Below are positions 10,390 to 20,220 of a stretch of DNA of 64,000 nucleotides, in pieces. Position numbers and translations under genes: made by a program. The notes below the pieces were generated by a model. That model had not been told where the DNA came from, ran no database searches, and saw only the letters and a program-made list of their open reading frames with translations. Origin of the DNA: Bacteroidota bacterium (GTDB lineage: Bacteria > Bacteroidota > Bacteroidia > AKYH767-A > 2013-40CM-41-45); assembly GCA_016708785.1 (NCBI GenBank), contig JADJFC010000006.1, positions 185,411 to 249,410 on the forward strand, in the 5' to 3' direction. Position 1 is the first letter of the stretch. Each line of letters starts with the position of its first letter.

Positions 10390-11595
10390 TCAATGGTGTT
10401 TCTCCAACGACCTCACTGCAAAAAACACAGAAAAAATCGTCAATACCGCTCCCATTAAAAATGGCGCTCCCGGAAAATAAATCGGAGCATTTGCAGATGT
10501 AAAAAAGGAAAACAGATTGGTCATCATTAACGGACCAACGATCGATGTCACACTGATCAAACTTGTCAATGCGCCTTGCAACTCGCCTTGTTCGTTAGGC
10601 GGAACTTGCCCAGACATGACACCTTGCAATGCCGGACCACAGATTCCTCCAAGTGAAAATGGAACAACAATGGCAAACATCATCCAGCTTTTTGTAGCAA
10701 ATGCAAACAAAGTAAATCCGATTACATACAGACTAAGTCCTAAATAGATAGATCGCTTCTGTCCTAATTTTGGAATTACAATGCGGATCAAGCCTGCTTG
10801 AACAATTGCTATCATTAATCCGACAAAGCCTAGTGAATAACCAACCATACGTTCAGTCCACTTGAATTTCTCCATTGTGTAGAATGTCCATGTGCTTTGG
10901 GTAGCATGACTTGCGATGTAAATAAAAACGAGACAAGCGACTAAACTAAGTATCACCGGATAATGCGCTAATCGTTTTAGTGAACCGACAGGGTTCGCTC
11001 TTTTCCAATCAAATTTTCGTCGATGATCTTTGTCTAACGATTCAGGCAAAATAAAATATCCGTAGGCAAAGTTTAACAATGCCAATCCCGCTGCAGCAAA
11101 AAACGGAATCCGTGAGCCATAATGTCCGAGGACTCCACCAAGCACGGGCCCAATAATAAATCCTAGACCGAATGCTGCACCGATCAATCCAAAATTCTGC
11201 GCACGTTTTTCCGGCGTACTGATATCGGCTATGTATGCAGTCGCAGTTGTAAAACTTGCTCCAGTGATTCCTGATATCAATCTTCCTATGAACAACCAGA
11301 CAATCGTCGGTGCAAAACCCATCAGCAAATAATCAATTCCAAATCCGAAAAGCGAGATCAACAAAACCGGTCGACGTCCATACCTGTCGCTCAATGCGCC
11401 AATGATGGGAGAAAACAAAAATTGCATCGTCGCATATGCAAACATCAACCAACCCGCATACGTTGATGCCATACTCAAATCACCACCAATCATTTCTTCG
11501 ATCAACTTCGGCAATACCGGAATGATGATGCCCAGGCCAATTACGTCGATTAGCATGGTGATGAAGATGAACGGTAATGCGTTTTTTGTTTTCAT
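10390..11595 (-). CDS. TetA-family 12-TMS MFS efflux transporter (DHA1, tetracycline-resistance-protein-like)
   Basis: 401 aa. Motif [19 protein letters not shown] [16 protein letters not shown] motif near the C-terminus. Collinear with TetA class proteins. Confidence 0.75.
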   Translation of the reverse strand: MKTKNALPFIFITMLIDVIGLGIIIPVLPKLIEEMIGGDLSMASTYAGWLMFAYATMQFLFSPIIGALSDRYGRRPVLLISLFGFGIDYLLMGFAPTIVWLFIGRLISGITGASFTTATAYIADISTPEKRAQNFGLIGAAFGLGFIIGPVLGGVLGHYGSRIPFFAAAGLALLNFAYGYFILPESLDKDHRRKFDWKRANPVGSLKRLAHYPVILSLVACLVFIYIASHATQSTWTFYTMEKFKWTERMVGYSLGFVGLMIAIVQAGLIRIVIPKLGQKRSIYLGLSLYVIGFTLFAFATKSWMMFAIVVPFSLGGICGPALQGVMSGQVPPNEQGELQGALTSLISVTSIVGPLMMTNLFSFFTSANAPIYFPGAPFLMGAVLTIFSVFFAVRSLEKHH

Positions 11596-11617
11596 TTTTG
11601 AAAGGAGTTAAAATAAA

Positions 11618-11683
11618 AGGTCAAGGGTCAAAGGTAAAGGGTCAGACGTGGATAAATGACCTTTGACCCTTGACCTTTGACCC
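11618..11683. repeat. Family A palindromic element (GTCAAAGG words)
   Basis: AAGGTCAAGGGTCAAAGGTAAAGGGTCAG / loop / TGACCTTTGACCCTTGACCTTTGACCC. Lies between the MFS gene start and the DinB_2-family gene stop. Confidence 0.85.
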
Positions 11684-11698
11684 ACGGATTATATCAAC

Positions 11699-12199
11699 TC
11701 ATTTCATTGTAGGCATTCCGTATTTCGCCCAATCTTCCTTAGTCGGGCCATAAGCACCAATGACAGGTAAACCAAGCATTCGCATCAGTACAACCATTTC
11801 TGCACGGTGATGAGCTTCATGTTTGATCAATATTGTCAGGGTTGTTCCACGCTTCCAATTGTCACCATACATATTATCTTCTTTTTGCAGATCGTCAACT
11901 GTCCAGTTCTTTTTTAGCTCTTCTACGATTGACTTTGCTCCTTTTTCATAAGCCTCACAAAGCTCCTTTACTGTTTCACCGGAATAATCTTCTTGTTCCT
12001 TGATGTCAATTTTCAAACCCATCTTGGCCGGCATCTCTTGCTGAGTATGAATAATGTGCCAAGCAAGAAAACCGAGTGTTCTTACATTGGGGTGAACGAC
12101 TTTTGTCAGGCTTTCATCCGTTAGGTTCTTGAACAAATTCAGTGTAGACTGACTTTCATAACTCCAGTCACTGTAGAAATCCTCTAATGTTCTATACAT
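11699..12199 (-). CDS. DinB/YfiT-like (DinB_2 superfamily) putative metal-dependent hydrolase
   Basis: 166 aa four-helix-bundle-type protein. His motifs AWHIIHT and KHEAHHRAEM are characteristic of the DinB_2/DUF664 family. Confidence 0.6.
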   Translation of the reverse strand: MYRTLEDFYSDWSYESQSTLNLFKNLTDESLTKVVHPNVRTLGFLAWHIIHTQQEMPAKMGLKIDIKEQEDYSGETVKELCEAYEKGAKSIVEELKKNWTVDDLQKEDNMYGDNWKRGTTLTILIKHEAHHRAEMVVLMRMLGLPVIGAYGPTKEDWAKYGMPTMK

Positions 12200-12306
12200 A
12201 ATTATGTGTTTTTAATAAGTAAGAAATATGCAGACAAATAAACAGAATAAATCTTTGCTCAACAATGAGTTCAGAAAAATGACAATAAATTAACTTATGC
12301 AAATTA

Positions 12307-12633
12307 TCAATGCTTCAATTTATTCAGGAAATTGATATCCACTGAACCGGTATTCCTGAAGATCATTGTTAAAATTGCAAGTCCAACAGCAACTTCTGCT
12401 GCAGCAACTGCCATGATGAAGAACACAAAAACCTGTCCTGCAGCATCGCCGAAATAAGTTGAGAAAGCAACCAAGAGTAAATTCACTGCATTCAGCATTA
12501 ATTCAACACACATGAAAATGATGATAGCATTTCTTCTGAAAAGAACACCCAACACACCGATACAAAACAGCAGTGTACTTAAAATTACATAATTATTAAG
12601 AGGTATAGTTTGAAAGATCGATCCCATTGTCAA
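12307..12633 (-). CDS. nuoK: NADH-quinone oxidoreductase subunit K
   Basis: 108 aa with 3 TMS. The conserved ND4L/NuoK pattern and operon position after nuoJ. Confidence 0.9.
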   Translation of the reverse strand: MTMGSIFQTIPLNNYVILSTLLFCIGVLGVLFRRNAIIIFMCVELMLNAVNLLLVAFSTYFGDAAGQVFVFFIMAVAAAEVAVGLAILTMIFRNTGSVDINFLNKLKH

Positions 12634-12634
12634 A

Positions 12635-13128
12635 TTAATTAATTTCTTTTTTACCTAACATAACTGTTCCTACCATTGCAGTAAGAAGTAATATTGATGA
12701 CACTTCAAATGGAAGTGCATATTCGCGAAATAAAACCAAACCAAGATTCTCAATTAAGCCTACATCTGAATTTGGTACAGAAGCAACTGTAGTAGTAGCT
12801 TGACGAAGCGCCCCAACCAAAACAGTCATTAATAATCCACCGGAAACAGTTGCAGCAACTTTTAACCATTTACTCTTATGCGGCTCAACATTGGAATTTA
12901 AATTTAGCATCATGATCACATATAAGAACAAGACCATAATTGCTCCGGCATATACTATGATGTGAACAGCTGCAAGGAACTGAGCATTCATTAAGACATA
13001 ATGCCCGGCAATGGCGAAAAGCAAATGATCAGGTACAATACACTATGCACAGGATTCTTTGATATCACGACCATCAATGCACTTAATATTGCAAGGAATG
13101 CCAGGAAATAAAATAGCGAAATATTCAT
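12635..13128 (-). CDS. nuoJ: NADH-quinone oxidoreductase subunit J (apparent single-base frameshift near 13017-13020)
   Basis: ATG at 13128 gives [37 protein letters not shown]. It then hits a stop after 45 codons. The ORF-track ORF 12635-13024 (TTG start) continues [31 protein letters not shown] in the adjacent frame. One extra T in the TTTT run would fuse both into a canonical about 165-aa NuoJ. Confidence 0.8.
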
Positions 13129-13144
13129 TTTGGGTGTTCTTATT

Positions 13145-13729
13145 TTAATTCCAGCAATTACAATTTGTTATGCTGAAGATTCTTATTCTTTTGAATTCTA
13201 TCACTTCTGAGGTTTGGCGATCACTGATGTCTATTCTTTCATTTACACCTTCCACCAATTTATCTTTTCCGTAGATCATTTCTGATCTGTTCAATGATGT
13301 TGCAACAATTCTATCTGTTAAGAATATCGCTTCCTTTGGACATGCTTCTTCACACAATCCGCAGAAGATGCACCGCAACATGTTGATCTCATACGTAGAA
13401 GCATATTTTTCTTCACGATATAATTTCTCTTCGCCTTTATTCCGCTCAGCAGCAACCATTGTAATTGCTTCAGCAGGACAAGACAAAGCGCAAAGTCCGC
13501 AAGCTGTACAACGTTCTGCACCATTTTCATCGCGTTTCAAAACATGCTGACCACGATATACAGGAGCGAAATCTCTTTTGACTTCGGGATACGATATTGT
13601 CGCCTTCTTCTTAAAGAAATGCCTCAATGTGATCTTCATGCCATTTAAAATAGCAGGCAAATAGATCTTTTCCGCGAAGGTCAGTTCTTGTTTTACTACT
13701 TGTTTGCTTCTATTGGTGAGGCTTTGCAT
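13145..13729 (-). CDS. nuoI: NADH-quinone oxidoreductase subunit I (2x[4Fe-4S] ferredoxin)
   Basis: 194 aa. Two CxxCxxCxxxCP motifs (CTACGLCALSCP, CIFCGLCEEACP). Confidence 0.92.
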   Translation of the reverse strand: MQSLTNRSKQVVKQELTFAEKIYLPAILNGMKITLRHFFKKKATISYPEVKRDFAPVYRGQHVLKRDENGAERCTACGLCALSCPAEAITMVAAERNKGEEKLYREEKYASTYEINMLRCIFCGLCEEACPKEAIFLTDRIVATSLNRSEMIYGKDKLVEGVNERIDISDRQTSEVIEFKRIRIFSITNCNCWN

Positions 13730-13747
13730 CTTTTTAATATTGTTTTA

Positions 13748-13803
13748 GGTCAAGGGTCAAAGGTCAAGGGTCAGGCTTAACCTTTGACCCTTGACCTTTG
13801 ACC
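13748..13803. repeat. Family A palindromic element inside the nuo operon (nuoH-nuoI spacer)
   Basis: AGGTCAAGGGTCAAAGGTCAAGGGTCAGG / cttaa / CCTTTGACCCTTGACCTTTGACC. It occupies most of the 81-bp nuoH-nuoI intergenic spacer. Confidence 0.85.
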
Positions 13804-13810
13804 TAATCAA

Positions 13811-14842
13811 CTAAGAAAGTTTTCCCATCCACCACATCACCATCCCCGTTACAAAGATGTTGGCTATAGCTAATGGCAATAATATTTTCCATCCCAGGTT
13901 CATCAACTGATCATAACGGAAGCGCGGAAGTGTCCAGCGGATCCACATGAATAGGAAGATGAAGAAGAATATTTTTCCGAATAAGAACATGGTTCCAATC
14001 ATGCTTAACCAATTTGGATCTGTTACGAAACGACCGATGAAAGGCATGTTGTATCCACCAAAATAAAGTGTACTGATAACAGCTGATGAAATAAACATGT
14101 TGATGTATTCAGCGAATAAGTAGAATCCAAGTTTCATGGAACTATACTCTGTATGATAACCACCAACCAATTCCGTTTCACATTCTGGAAGATCGAATGG
14201 CGCACGATTGGTCTCAGCAAATGCACAGATAATAAATATCAAAAATCCAAAAGGCTGATAAAACACATTCCAGTGTCCGCCGGCTTGTTGTTCTGCAATT
14301 TCCCGAACACTCAATGTTCCTGTCATCATGATAAGTGCAATGATAGAAAGTCCCATTGCAATTTCATAACTGATCATCTGTGAAGAAGCGCGTAGTGCAC
14401 CAAGCAATGAATATTTATTATTCGAAGCCCAACCGCCAATCATAATTCCATAAACACCGATTGACACAACACCAAAAATGTAAAGTATTCCAATATTCAC
14501 ATCTGTTGCCTGAATCGGGTAAAAATTACCGCCAATTGTTAACCCTTTTCCCCATGGAATTACTGCACTTGTCATGCAGGCCGTCATCATTGCTAAACTC
14601 GGACCGAGAATGAAAAGAAATTTATTCGACACATTTGGAATGATCTCTTCTTTCATGAACATCTTCACTCCATCTGCCATAGGCTGTAAAATGCCAAAAG
14701 GGCCTGCGCGATTCGGACCAAGGCGATCCTGCATAAAGGCCGCCACTTTCCGTTCTGCATACGTAGAGTACATTGCAACTACCAGCGAGATCAGAAAGAC
14801 TGATACGATGATTATTATTTTTATGAGGAGGTAGGTGGACAT
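13811..14842 (-). CDS. nuoH: NADH-quinone oxidoreductase subunit H
   Basis: The conserved NuoH core is present. The ORF-track start at 14884 adds MRINDKRKTINKKR, which is a translation of the family-D repeat. The likely start is the internal ATG giving MSTYLLIKIIIIV... Confidence 0.88.
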   Translation of the reverse strand: MSTYLLIKIIIIVSVFLISLVVAMYSTYAERKVAAFMQDRLGPNRAGPFGILQPMADGVKMFMKEEIIPNVSNKFLFILGPSLAMMTACMTSAVIPWGKGLTIGGNFYPIQATDVNIGILYIFGVVSIGVYGIMIGGWASNNKYSLLGALRASSQMISYEIAMGLSIIALIMMTGTLSVREIAEQQAGGHWNVFYQPFGFLIFIICAFAETNRAPFDLPECETELVGGYHTEYSSMKLGFYLFAEYINMFISSAVISTLYFGGYNMPFIGRFVTDPNWLSMIGTMFLFGKIFFFIFLFMWIRWTLPRFRYDQLMNLGWKILLPLAIANIFVTGMVMWWMGKLS

Positions 14843-14843
14843 T

Positions 14844-14917
14844 CGTTTCTTGTTTATCGTTTTTCGTTTATCGTTTATCCTCATTCGATACGCGAAAGAC
14901 GATAAACGATAAACGAC
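14844..14917. repeat. Family D palindromic element (CGTTTATCG words) in the nuoG-nuoH spacer
   Basis: TTTCTTGTTTATCGTTTTTCGTTTATCGTTTATCC / loop / CGATAAACGATAAACGAC. It abuts the nuoH start codon. Confidence 0.8.
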
Positions 14918-14924
14918 ATTGCAA

Positions 14925-15920
14925 TTAACTATTATACATTTCTTTTCCGCCGACTAAATTCTGGACAACGTTCACATCATTCAGCAATGGCTTGTGGGCT
15001 GGTTCTTCAAGAGTGTAATGATTTTGTGAAATCACAGAGTGACGATCCAGATTTGCAGGGCCATCGATCTTCCAGTCACTTGTTGCCTTCTTTTCGAAAC
15101 GGCAGTCGTTACAGATCCAATCTTTCACTTCGCCGTATTTATCTTTTCGTCCTGTTACACGATACACTTCTTCGCCTTTCAACCACAGTGTAACTTTTCC
15201 TGCACACTTCGGACAATCACGGTGAGCATCGACAGGATTAGCAAACCACACACGACTTTTGAAACGGAATGTACGATCAGTCAATGCACCAACCGGACAA
15301 ACATCGATCATGTTTCCGGAGAAATCATTATCAACTACATTCTGAATATATGTACTGATCTCAGAAACATCTCCACGATTCATGACACCATGAACACGCT
15401 TGTCTGTGATTTGATCAGCCACTTTCACACAACGATAACACAAAATGCATCGCGTCATGTGTAGTTTAATTTTCGAACCGATATCTATTTTTTCAAACGT
15501 ACGGCGAGAAAATTCATAACGTGTTTTTGCAAGTCCGTGCTCGTAAGCCAGATCCTGCAAATGACATTCTCCGGCTTGATCACAGATCGGACAATCTAGC
15601 GGATGGTTGATCAACAAAAACTCAACTACACCAGCACGCGCTTCCATCAAATCAGGTGAAGTTATATTCTGCACTTCCATTCCATCCATTACCGTTGTTC
15701 TACAAGAAGCAACAGGTTTAGGCATTGGGCGAGGATCTTTTTCGGAACCTTTGGTTACTTTTACGATGCAAGTACGGCAGTAGCCGCCACTTGTCTTTAA
15801 TGAAGTATAATAGCACATCGCCGGCGGAACAATTTCCCCTCCAATTAAACGAGCAGCGTTAAGTATCGTTGTACCATCCGGCACTTCAATACTCTTTCCA
15901 TCAATTGTTACTTTTGCCAT
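14925..15920 (-). CDS. nuoG: NADH-quinone oxidoreductase subunit G, short form (2Fe-2S + 4Fe-4S domains only)
   Basis: 331 aa. N-terminal 2Fe-2S ferredoxin fold (CYYTSLKTSGGYCRTCIVKV). His/Cys 4Fe-4S motifs follow (HPLDCPICDQAGECHLQD; CILCYRCVKV). Confidence 0.85.
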   Translation of the reverse strand: MAKVTIDGKSIEVPDGTTILNAARLIGGEIVPPAMCYYTSLKTSGGYCRTCIVKVTKGSEKDPRPMPKPVASCRTTVMDGMEVQNITSPDLMEARAGVVEFLLINHPLDCPICDQAGECHLQDLAYEHGLAKTRYEFSRRTFEKIDIGSKIKLHMTRCILCYRCVKVADQITDKRVHGVMNRGDVSEISTYIQNVVDNDFSGNMIDVCPVGALTDRTFRFKSRVWFANPVDAHRDCPKCAGKVTLWLKGEEVYRVTGRKDKYGEVKDWICNDCRFEKKATSDWKIDGPANLDRHSVISQNHYTLEEPAHKPLLNDVNVVQNLVGGKEMYNS

Positions 15921-15941
15921 AATGGGCTAATCTTTTTTGTT

Positions 15942-17276
15942 TTAATAAACTGCATTACTTACTAATCTTTTCGGGTCAATGACTTTCTTCGAATTCCTAA
16001 CATGATCTTCGAATTCAGCTCTGAAATGTCTGATCGCACTAGCCACTGGCCATGCGGCAGCATCACCTAGCGGACAAATCGTCTTCCCTTCTATCTTCGA
16101 TTGAATGTCCCATAGTAAATCAACATCACTCAATGATCCATGTCCGTCGATGATTTTATGCAACACTTTTTCCATCCATCCTGTTCCTTCACGACAAGGC
16201 GAACATTGTCCGCAGCTTTCGTGGTGATAGAAACGAGTGAAGTTCCAAAGATTTTTTACGATGCTGGTTGTCTCATCCATTACGATGAAGCCACCTGAAC
16301 CAAGCATTGTTCCTGTTGCAAATCCGCCGTCAGCAAGTGATTCGTATGACATCAATCTTGGTTCACCGTTTGCTGTTTTCAAGATCAAGTCTGCAGGAAG
16401 AATTGGAACAGAAGAACCACCGGCTACAACTGCCTTCAATTTCTTTCCATTTTTAATTCCACCACACCACTCATCGCTGTAAATAAAATCTTCAACAGTA
16501 ATTCCCATTTCAATTTCATATACTCCGGGCTTGTTGATGTGACCACTGGCAGAAATTAGTTTCGTGCCTGTGCTTTTTCCAATACCAACTTTTGCATATT
16601 CATCGCCACCATTGTTGATGATTGGAACAACTGCAGCAATTGTCTCGACATTATTTACAACCGTCGGACAACCATAAAGTCCGGCTATTGCAGGGAATGG
16701 AGGTTTGATCCGTGGATTACCACGCTTTCCTTCCAGTGATTCAAGTAAAGCTGTTTCTTCTCCGCAGATGTATGCACCTGCTCCAACTTGAACATACAAG
16801 TCAAGAGAATAATCGCTTCCTAATATATTTTTTCCAAGCCAACCGTTAGCATAAGCTTCATCAATCGCTTGTTCTAATATTCTTGCAACATAAAAATATT
16901 CGCCACGGATGTAGATGTATGATGTATTCGCTCCTAGAGCAAAACTTGATGTGATCATTCCTTCGATCAATAGATGAGGAATGCGTTCCATCAGGTAACG
17001 ATCTTTGAAAGTTCCCGGCTCAGATTCATCGGCATTACAAACTATGTAACGCGCAACACCTTCAGGTTTTGCAAGGAAACTCCATTTCATTCCGGTAGGA
17101 AATCCTGCTCCACCTCGACCACGCAATCCGGATTTCTTTACTTCTTCGACAATGGCTTCAGGCGTCATTGTCTTGATCGCTTTTTCTACAGAAGCATAAC
17201 CGCCATTTTTACGATAAACTTCGTAAGTATTAATACCCGGAATGTGATCGTTATTTAAAAGTAGTTTCTTTCCCAT
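15942..17276 (-). CDS. nuoF: NADH-quinone oxidoreductase subunit F (NADH/FMN-binding, 4Fe-4S)
   Basis: 444 aa. GRGGAGFPTGMKW FMN/NADH-site motif. C-terminal CGQCSPCREG 4Fe-4S motif. Confidence 0.92.
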   Translation of the reverse strand: MGKKLLLNNDHIPGINTYEVYRKNGGYASVEKAIKTMTPEAIVEEVKKSGLRGRGGAGFPTGMKWSFLAKPEGVARYIVCNADESEPGTFKDRYLMERIPHLLIEGMITSSFALGANTSYIYIRGEYFYVARILEQAIDEAYANGWLGKNILGSDYSLDLYVQVGAGAYICGEETALLESLEGKRGNPRIKPPFPAIAGLYGCPTVVNNVETIAAVVPIINNGGDEYAKVGIGKSTGTKLISASGHINKPGVYEIEMGITVEDFIYSDEWCGGIKNGKKLKAVVAGGSSVPILPADLILKTANGEPRLMSYESLADGGFATGTMLGSGGFIVMDETTSIVKNLWNFTRFYHHESCGQCSPCREGTGWMEKVLHKIIDGHGSLSDVDLLWDIQSKIEGKTICPLGDAAAWPVASAIRHFRAEFEDHVRNSKKVIDPKRLVSNAVY

Positions 17277-17278
17277 AC

Positions 17279-17821
17279 TTAATTTCTTGCCTCCGCTTTA
17301 TCAGTGTATGTTTTACGCTTTCCGTCTGCACGAAATCTTTCTACCAATGAATCTACTTTATCAAGACTTAAATTTTCGTAATAGTCTGCTCCTACCTGCA
17401 TCATCGGTGCTGTACCGCATGAACCTAAACATTCAACAGATTTCAAAGTGAACATTCCATCTGAAGTTGTTTGTCCGGTTTTGATGTTCAACTTTTTCTC
17501 CAAATGAGAAATTACATCTTCAGCACCTAACAACCAGCATGAACTTGTTCTGCAAACTTCTATCACACATTTTCCAACAGGCTTCATGTTGAACATTGAA
17601 TAGAATGATGCAACTTCATAAACTTCTACTGGAAGAATTCCAATTACAGAAGCAACATAATCCATCGTCTCACTACTCAACCATCCATCAAATTCCGCCT
17701 GAGCGATATGCAGAATTGGAATCAATGCTGATTTTTGTTTTCCTTCAGGATAACGTTTCATCATTCTCTGTACAAGAGCAAGTGATTCGTCACTGAATTT
17801 TATTTCTTTACCGTTATTCAT
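17279..17821 (-). CDS. nuoE: NADH-quinone oxidoreductase subunit E (2Fe-2S)
   Basis: 180 aa. Thioredoxin-like 2Fe-2S Cys pattern (CRTSSC...CLGSCGTAPM). Confidence 0.9.
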   Translation of the reverse strand: MNNGKEIKFSDESLALVQRMMKRYPEGKQKSALIPILHIAQAEFDGWLSSETMDYVASVIGILPVEVYEVASFYSMFNMKPVGKCVIEVCRTSSCWLLGAEDVISHLEKKLNIKTGQTTSDGMFTLKSVECLGSCGTAPMMQVGADYYENLSLDKVDSLVERFRADGKRKTYTDKAEARN

Positions 17822-17848
17822 TTTTCTTCGGTCAAAATATTTTTTCGA

Positions 17849-19057
17849 TCAGGCGTCTAATTCGCCTGCAATTACATTCATAGAACTCATTGTCAAAATT
17901 GCATCACTTAAGAATGCACCTTTGATCATTTCTCGATAAGCTTGGTAATAGATATAACAAGGACGACGGAAATGTAATCTGAAAGGTTGGCGACCGCCAT
18001 CACTAATCAGATAGAAACCTAATTCACCATTTCCACCTTCAACACAATGATACACTTCGCCTTTTAGAACATCTGTTTCTCCCATTACAATTTTGAAATG
18101 GTAGATCAATGCTTCCATGTTATTATAAACATCTTCTTTCGGAGGCAAATAGAATGATGGAATATCAGCATGGAAAGAAGTTTTGTCTTGCAACTTTTCT
18201 ATTTTTTCCATTGCTTGTCGTATGATTGACATGCTCTGATACATTTCTTCTTCACGAACCATGAATCGATCATATGTATCACCATTTTTTCCGATTGGAA
18301 TTTCAAATTCGAAATCCTGATAAGACGAATACGGATTCATTACACGAACATCGTAATCCACTCCGGCAGCACGAAGATTCGGACCACTGAAACTATAATT
18401 CAATGCACGCTCTGCTGAAATTGGTCCGCAACCAATGGTGCGATCCATAAATATTCTGTTACGCACTAAAAGTTTTTCAAATTCTTTTAGTCCTGCAGGA
18501 AGGTCGGTAACTAGTTTTTTTATTTTACGCCATGCAGTTTCATTGAAGTCTCTTTCGAAACCACCAATGCGACCTATGTTTGTTGTTAAACGAGCACCAC
18601 AGATCTCTTCGTAAATTTCATAAATGTCTTCACGCCACTGAAAAACATAAAGAAAACCTGTCATTGCACCGGTATCAACTCCGATCACACTATTGCAAAC
18701 AAGATGATCGGCAATTCGAGCAAGTTCCATGATGATGACACGCATGTACTCTACACGTTTCGGCAATTCCGCACCGATCAGTTTTTCAACTGTCATGTGC
18801 CAGCCCATATTATTGATCGGCGACGAACAATAGTTCAAGCGATCAGTAAGTGGTGTTACCTGATAAAACGGTTTATGCTCTGCCAATTTTTCAAAAGCAC
18901 GATGGATATATCCAATCGTTGGTTCAGAATCAACAATGATCTCACCATCCATTGTCAACACGTTTTGAAAGATACCGTGTGTTGCCGGATGTGTCGGTCC
19001 AAGATTAAGCGTTGTGTATTGCTTATTATCTTCTTGTATCGCTGGTTTTGATTCCAT
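17849..19057 (-). CDS. nuoD: NADH-quinone oxidoreductase subunit D
   Basis: 402 aa 49-kDa subunit homolog (GPTHPATHG, RAAGVDYD motifs). Confidence 0.92.
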   Translation of the reverse strand: MESKPAIQEDNKQYTTLNLGPTHPATHGIFQNVLTMDGEIIVDSEPTIGYIHRAFEKLAEHKPFYQVTPLTDRLNYCSSPINNMGWHMTVEKLIGAELPKRVEYMRVIIMELARIADHLVCNSVIGVDTGAMTGFLYVFQWREDIYEIYEEICGARLTTNIGRIGGFERDFNETAWRKIKKLVTDLPAGLKEFEKLLVRNRIFMDRTIGCGPISAERALNYSFSGPNLRAAGVDYDVRVMNPYSSYQDFEFEIPIGKNGDTYDRFMVREEEMYQSMSIIRQAMEKIEKLQDKTSFHADIPSFYLPPKEDVYNNMEALIYHFKIVMGETDVLKGEVYHCVEGGNGELGFYLISDGGRQPFRLHFRRPCYIYYQAYREMIKGAFLSDAILTMSSMNVIAGELDA

Positions 19058-19105
19058 TTTATATTTTTTGATTGTGATGATCAGTGAAGATCACACATCA
19101 TTCTA

Positions 19106-19636
19106 CTAATTAAGTTTTTTGAAATTGGCTTTGTCACGACCAAACATTGTATCGTCTTTGTCGTAACGCGTCAGATCTTCGACAGGGTATTCTTTTCTCA
19201 TTGGATGATAATCCATGTCTTCAACGTTGAGTATACGAGTCATTTTCGGATGACCTTTGAAACGAATTCCATAAAAGTCAAATGCTTCGCGCTCCATCCA
19301 ATTTGCTGAAGAGAATATCGGAATCAATGAATCGAATTGAAGATCGTTCAATGTTGTACTTGCTTTGAAACGAATACGAAGATTGAAGACCAGACTATGA
19401 AGTTGATACATCATAGTAAAAGGTTTCGGTTGATCAGGAGTATGAACTCCGCAAGCTGTTGTCAGATAACGAAATTGAAACCGTTCATCATCATACAGAA
19501 ATCGAAAAAGAGAAACGAGAATACTTTTATCGATTGTAATAACTGTAAAATCGTACTGTTGCTCCTTACTTAAAATTGCATCACCGAATTTTTCATTGAT
19601 GGCTTCTGCAACTTGATCTATTGTGGGCTTATCCAT
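19106..19636 (-). CDS. nuoC: NADH-quinone oxidoreductase subunit C
   Basis: 176 aa 30-kDa subunit homolog (ERE[AV]FD[FM]YGI motif: EREAFDFYGIRFKGHP). Confidence 0.88.
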   Translation of the reverse strand: MDKPTIDQVAEAINEKFGDAILSKEQQYDFTVITIDKSILVSLFRFLYDDERFQFRYLTTACGVHTPDQPKPFTMMYQLHSLVFNLRIRFKASTTLNDLQFDSLIPIFSSANWMEREAFDFYGIRFKGHPKMTRILNVEDMDYHPMRKEYPVEDLTRYDKDDTMFGRDKANFKKLN

Positions 19637-19642
19637 GATTAA

Positions 19643-20203
19643 CTATTCTATTCCGTAAGAAGCTAAGAGCTGTTTGTATTCAGGAGAATTTCTGCGACGT
19701 AACGATTCATTTTGAATCAATGTCTGAATGCTCATCACTCCTTCAAGAATTTGTTCAGGACGTGGAGGACAACCGGGAACATAAACATCGACAGGAATGA
19801 TATGATCGATTCCTTGAAGTACAGAATACGAATCGAAAATTCCGCCGCTCGATGCACATGCTCCAACAGACAATACCCAACGTGGTTCAGCCATTTGTTC
19901 ATACACCTGACGAAGAACCGGTCCCATTTTTTTTGCAATCGTTCCCATTACCATTAACAGATCCGCTTGACGAGGAGAGAAACTTAAACGCTCTGATCCG
20001 AATCGTGCTAGATCGTATGTTGATGCCATTGTTGCCATAAATTCAATTCCGCAACAACTTGTTGCAAACGGCAATGGCCAGATTGAATTTTTTCTAGCTA
20101 ATCCAACGACGTGATCAAGTTTCGTTGCAAAAAATCCCGGGCCTTCAAATCCGGCAGGAGCTTGTACGATGTTGACATTGGATGCTGATTGTATATCTTT
20201 CAT
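19643..20203 (-). CDS. nuoB: NADH-quinone oxidoreductase subunit B (N2 4Fe-4S)
   Basis: PSST homolog with CCxxE...GxC...CPP motifs (SCCGIEFM, GACASSGG, VPGCPPRP). The ORF-track start 20341 overlaps nuoA. The internal ATG (MKDIQS...) at 20203 gives the canonical length. Confidence 0.88.
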   Translation of the reverse strand: MKDIQSASNVNIVQAPAGFEGPGFFATKLDHVVGLARKNSIWPLPFATSCCGIEFMATMASTYDLARFGSERLSFSPRQADLLMVMGTIAKKMGPVLRQVYEQMAEPRWVLSVGACASSGGIFDSYSVLQGIDHIIPVDVYVPGCPPRPEQILEGVMSIQTLIQNESLRRRNSPEYKQLLASYGIE

Positions 20204-20220
20204 TTCTTCCTTTCTAAAAA

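Noticed and set aside
15039-15464. 141-aa plus-strand ORF, and other 60-140-aa ORFs antisense to nuo, dinB, T9SS and peptidase genes (e.g. 3514-3786, 9166-9471, 13318-13530, 18704-19051, 26465-27109, 48192-48672, 53639-53995, 62925-63481)
   Set aside because: They lie entirely within well-supported genes on the opposite strand or in alternate frames, have low-complexity composition and no motifs. They are typical shadow ORFs.
14925-15920. nuoG flagged as truncated (331 aa versus about 900 aa in E. coli)
   Set aside because: Both Fe-S domains are intact and the ORF ends cleanly 5 bp before the family-D element. The short form lacking the molybdopterin-like domain is a normal lineage variant.
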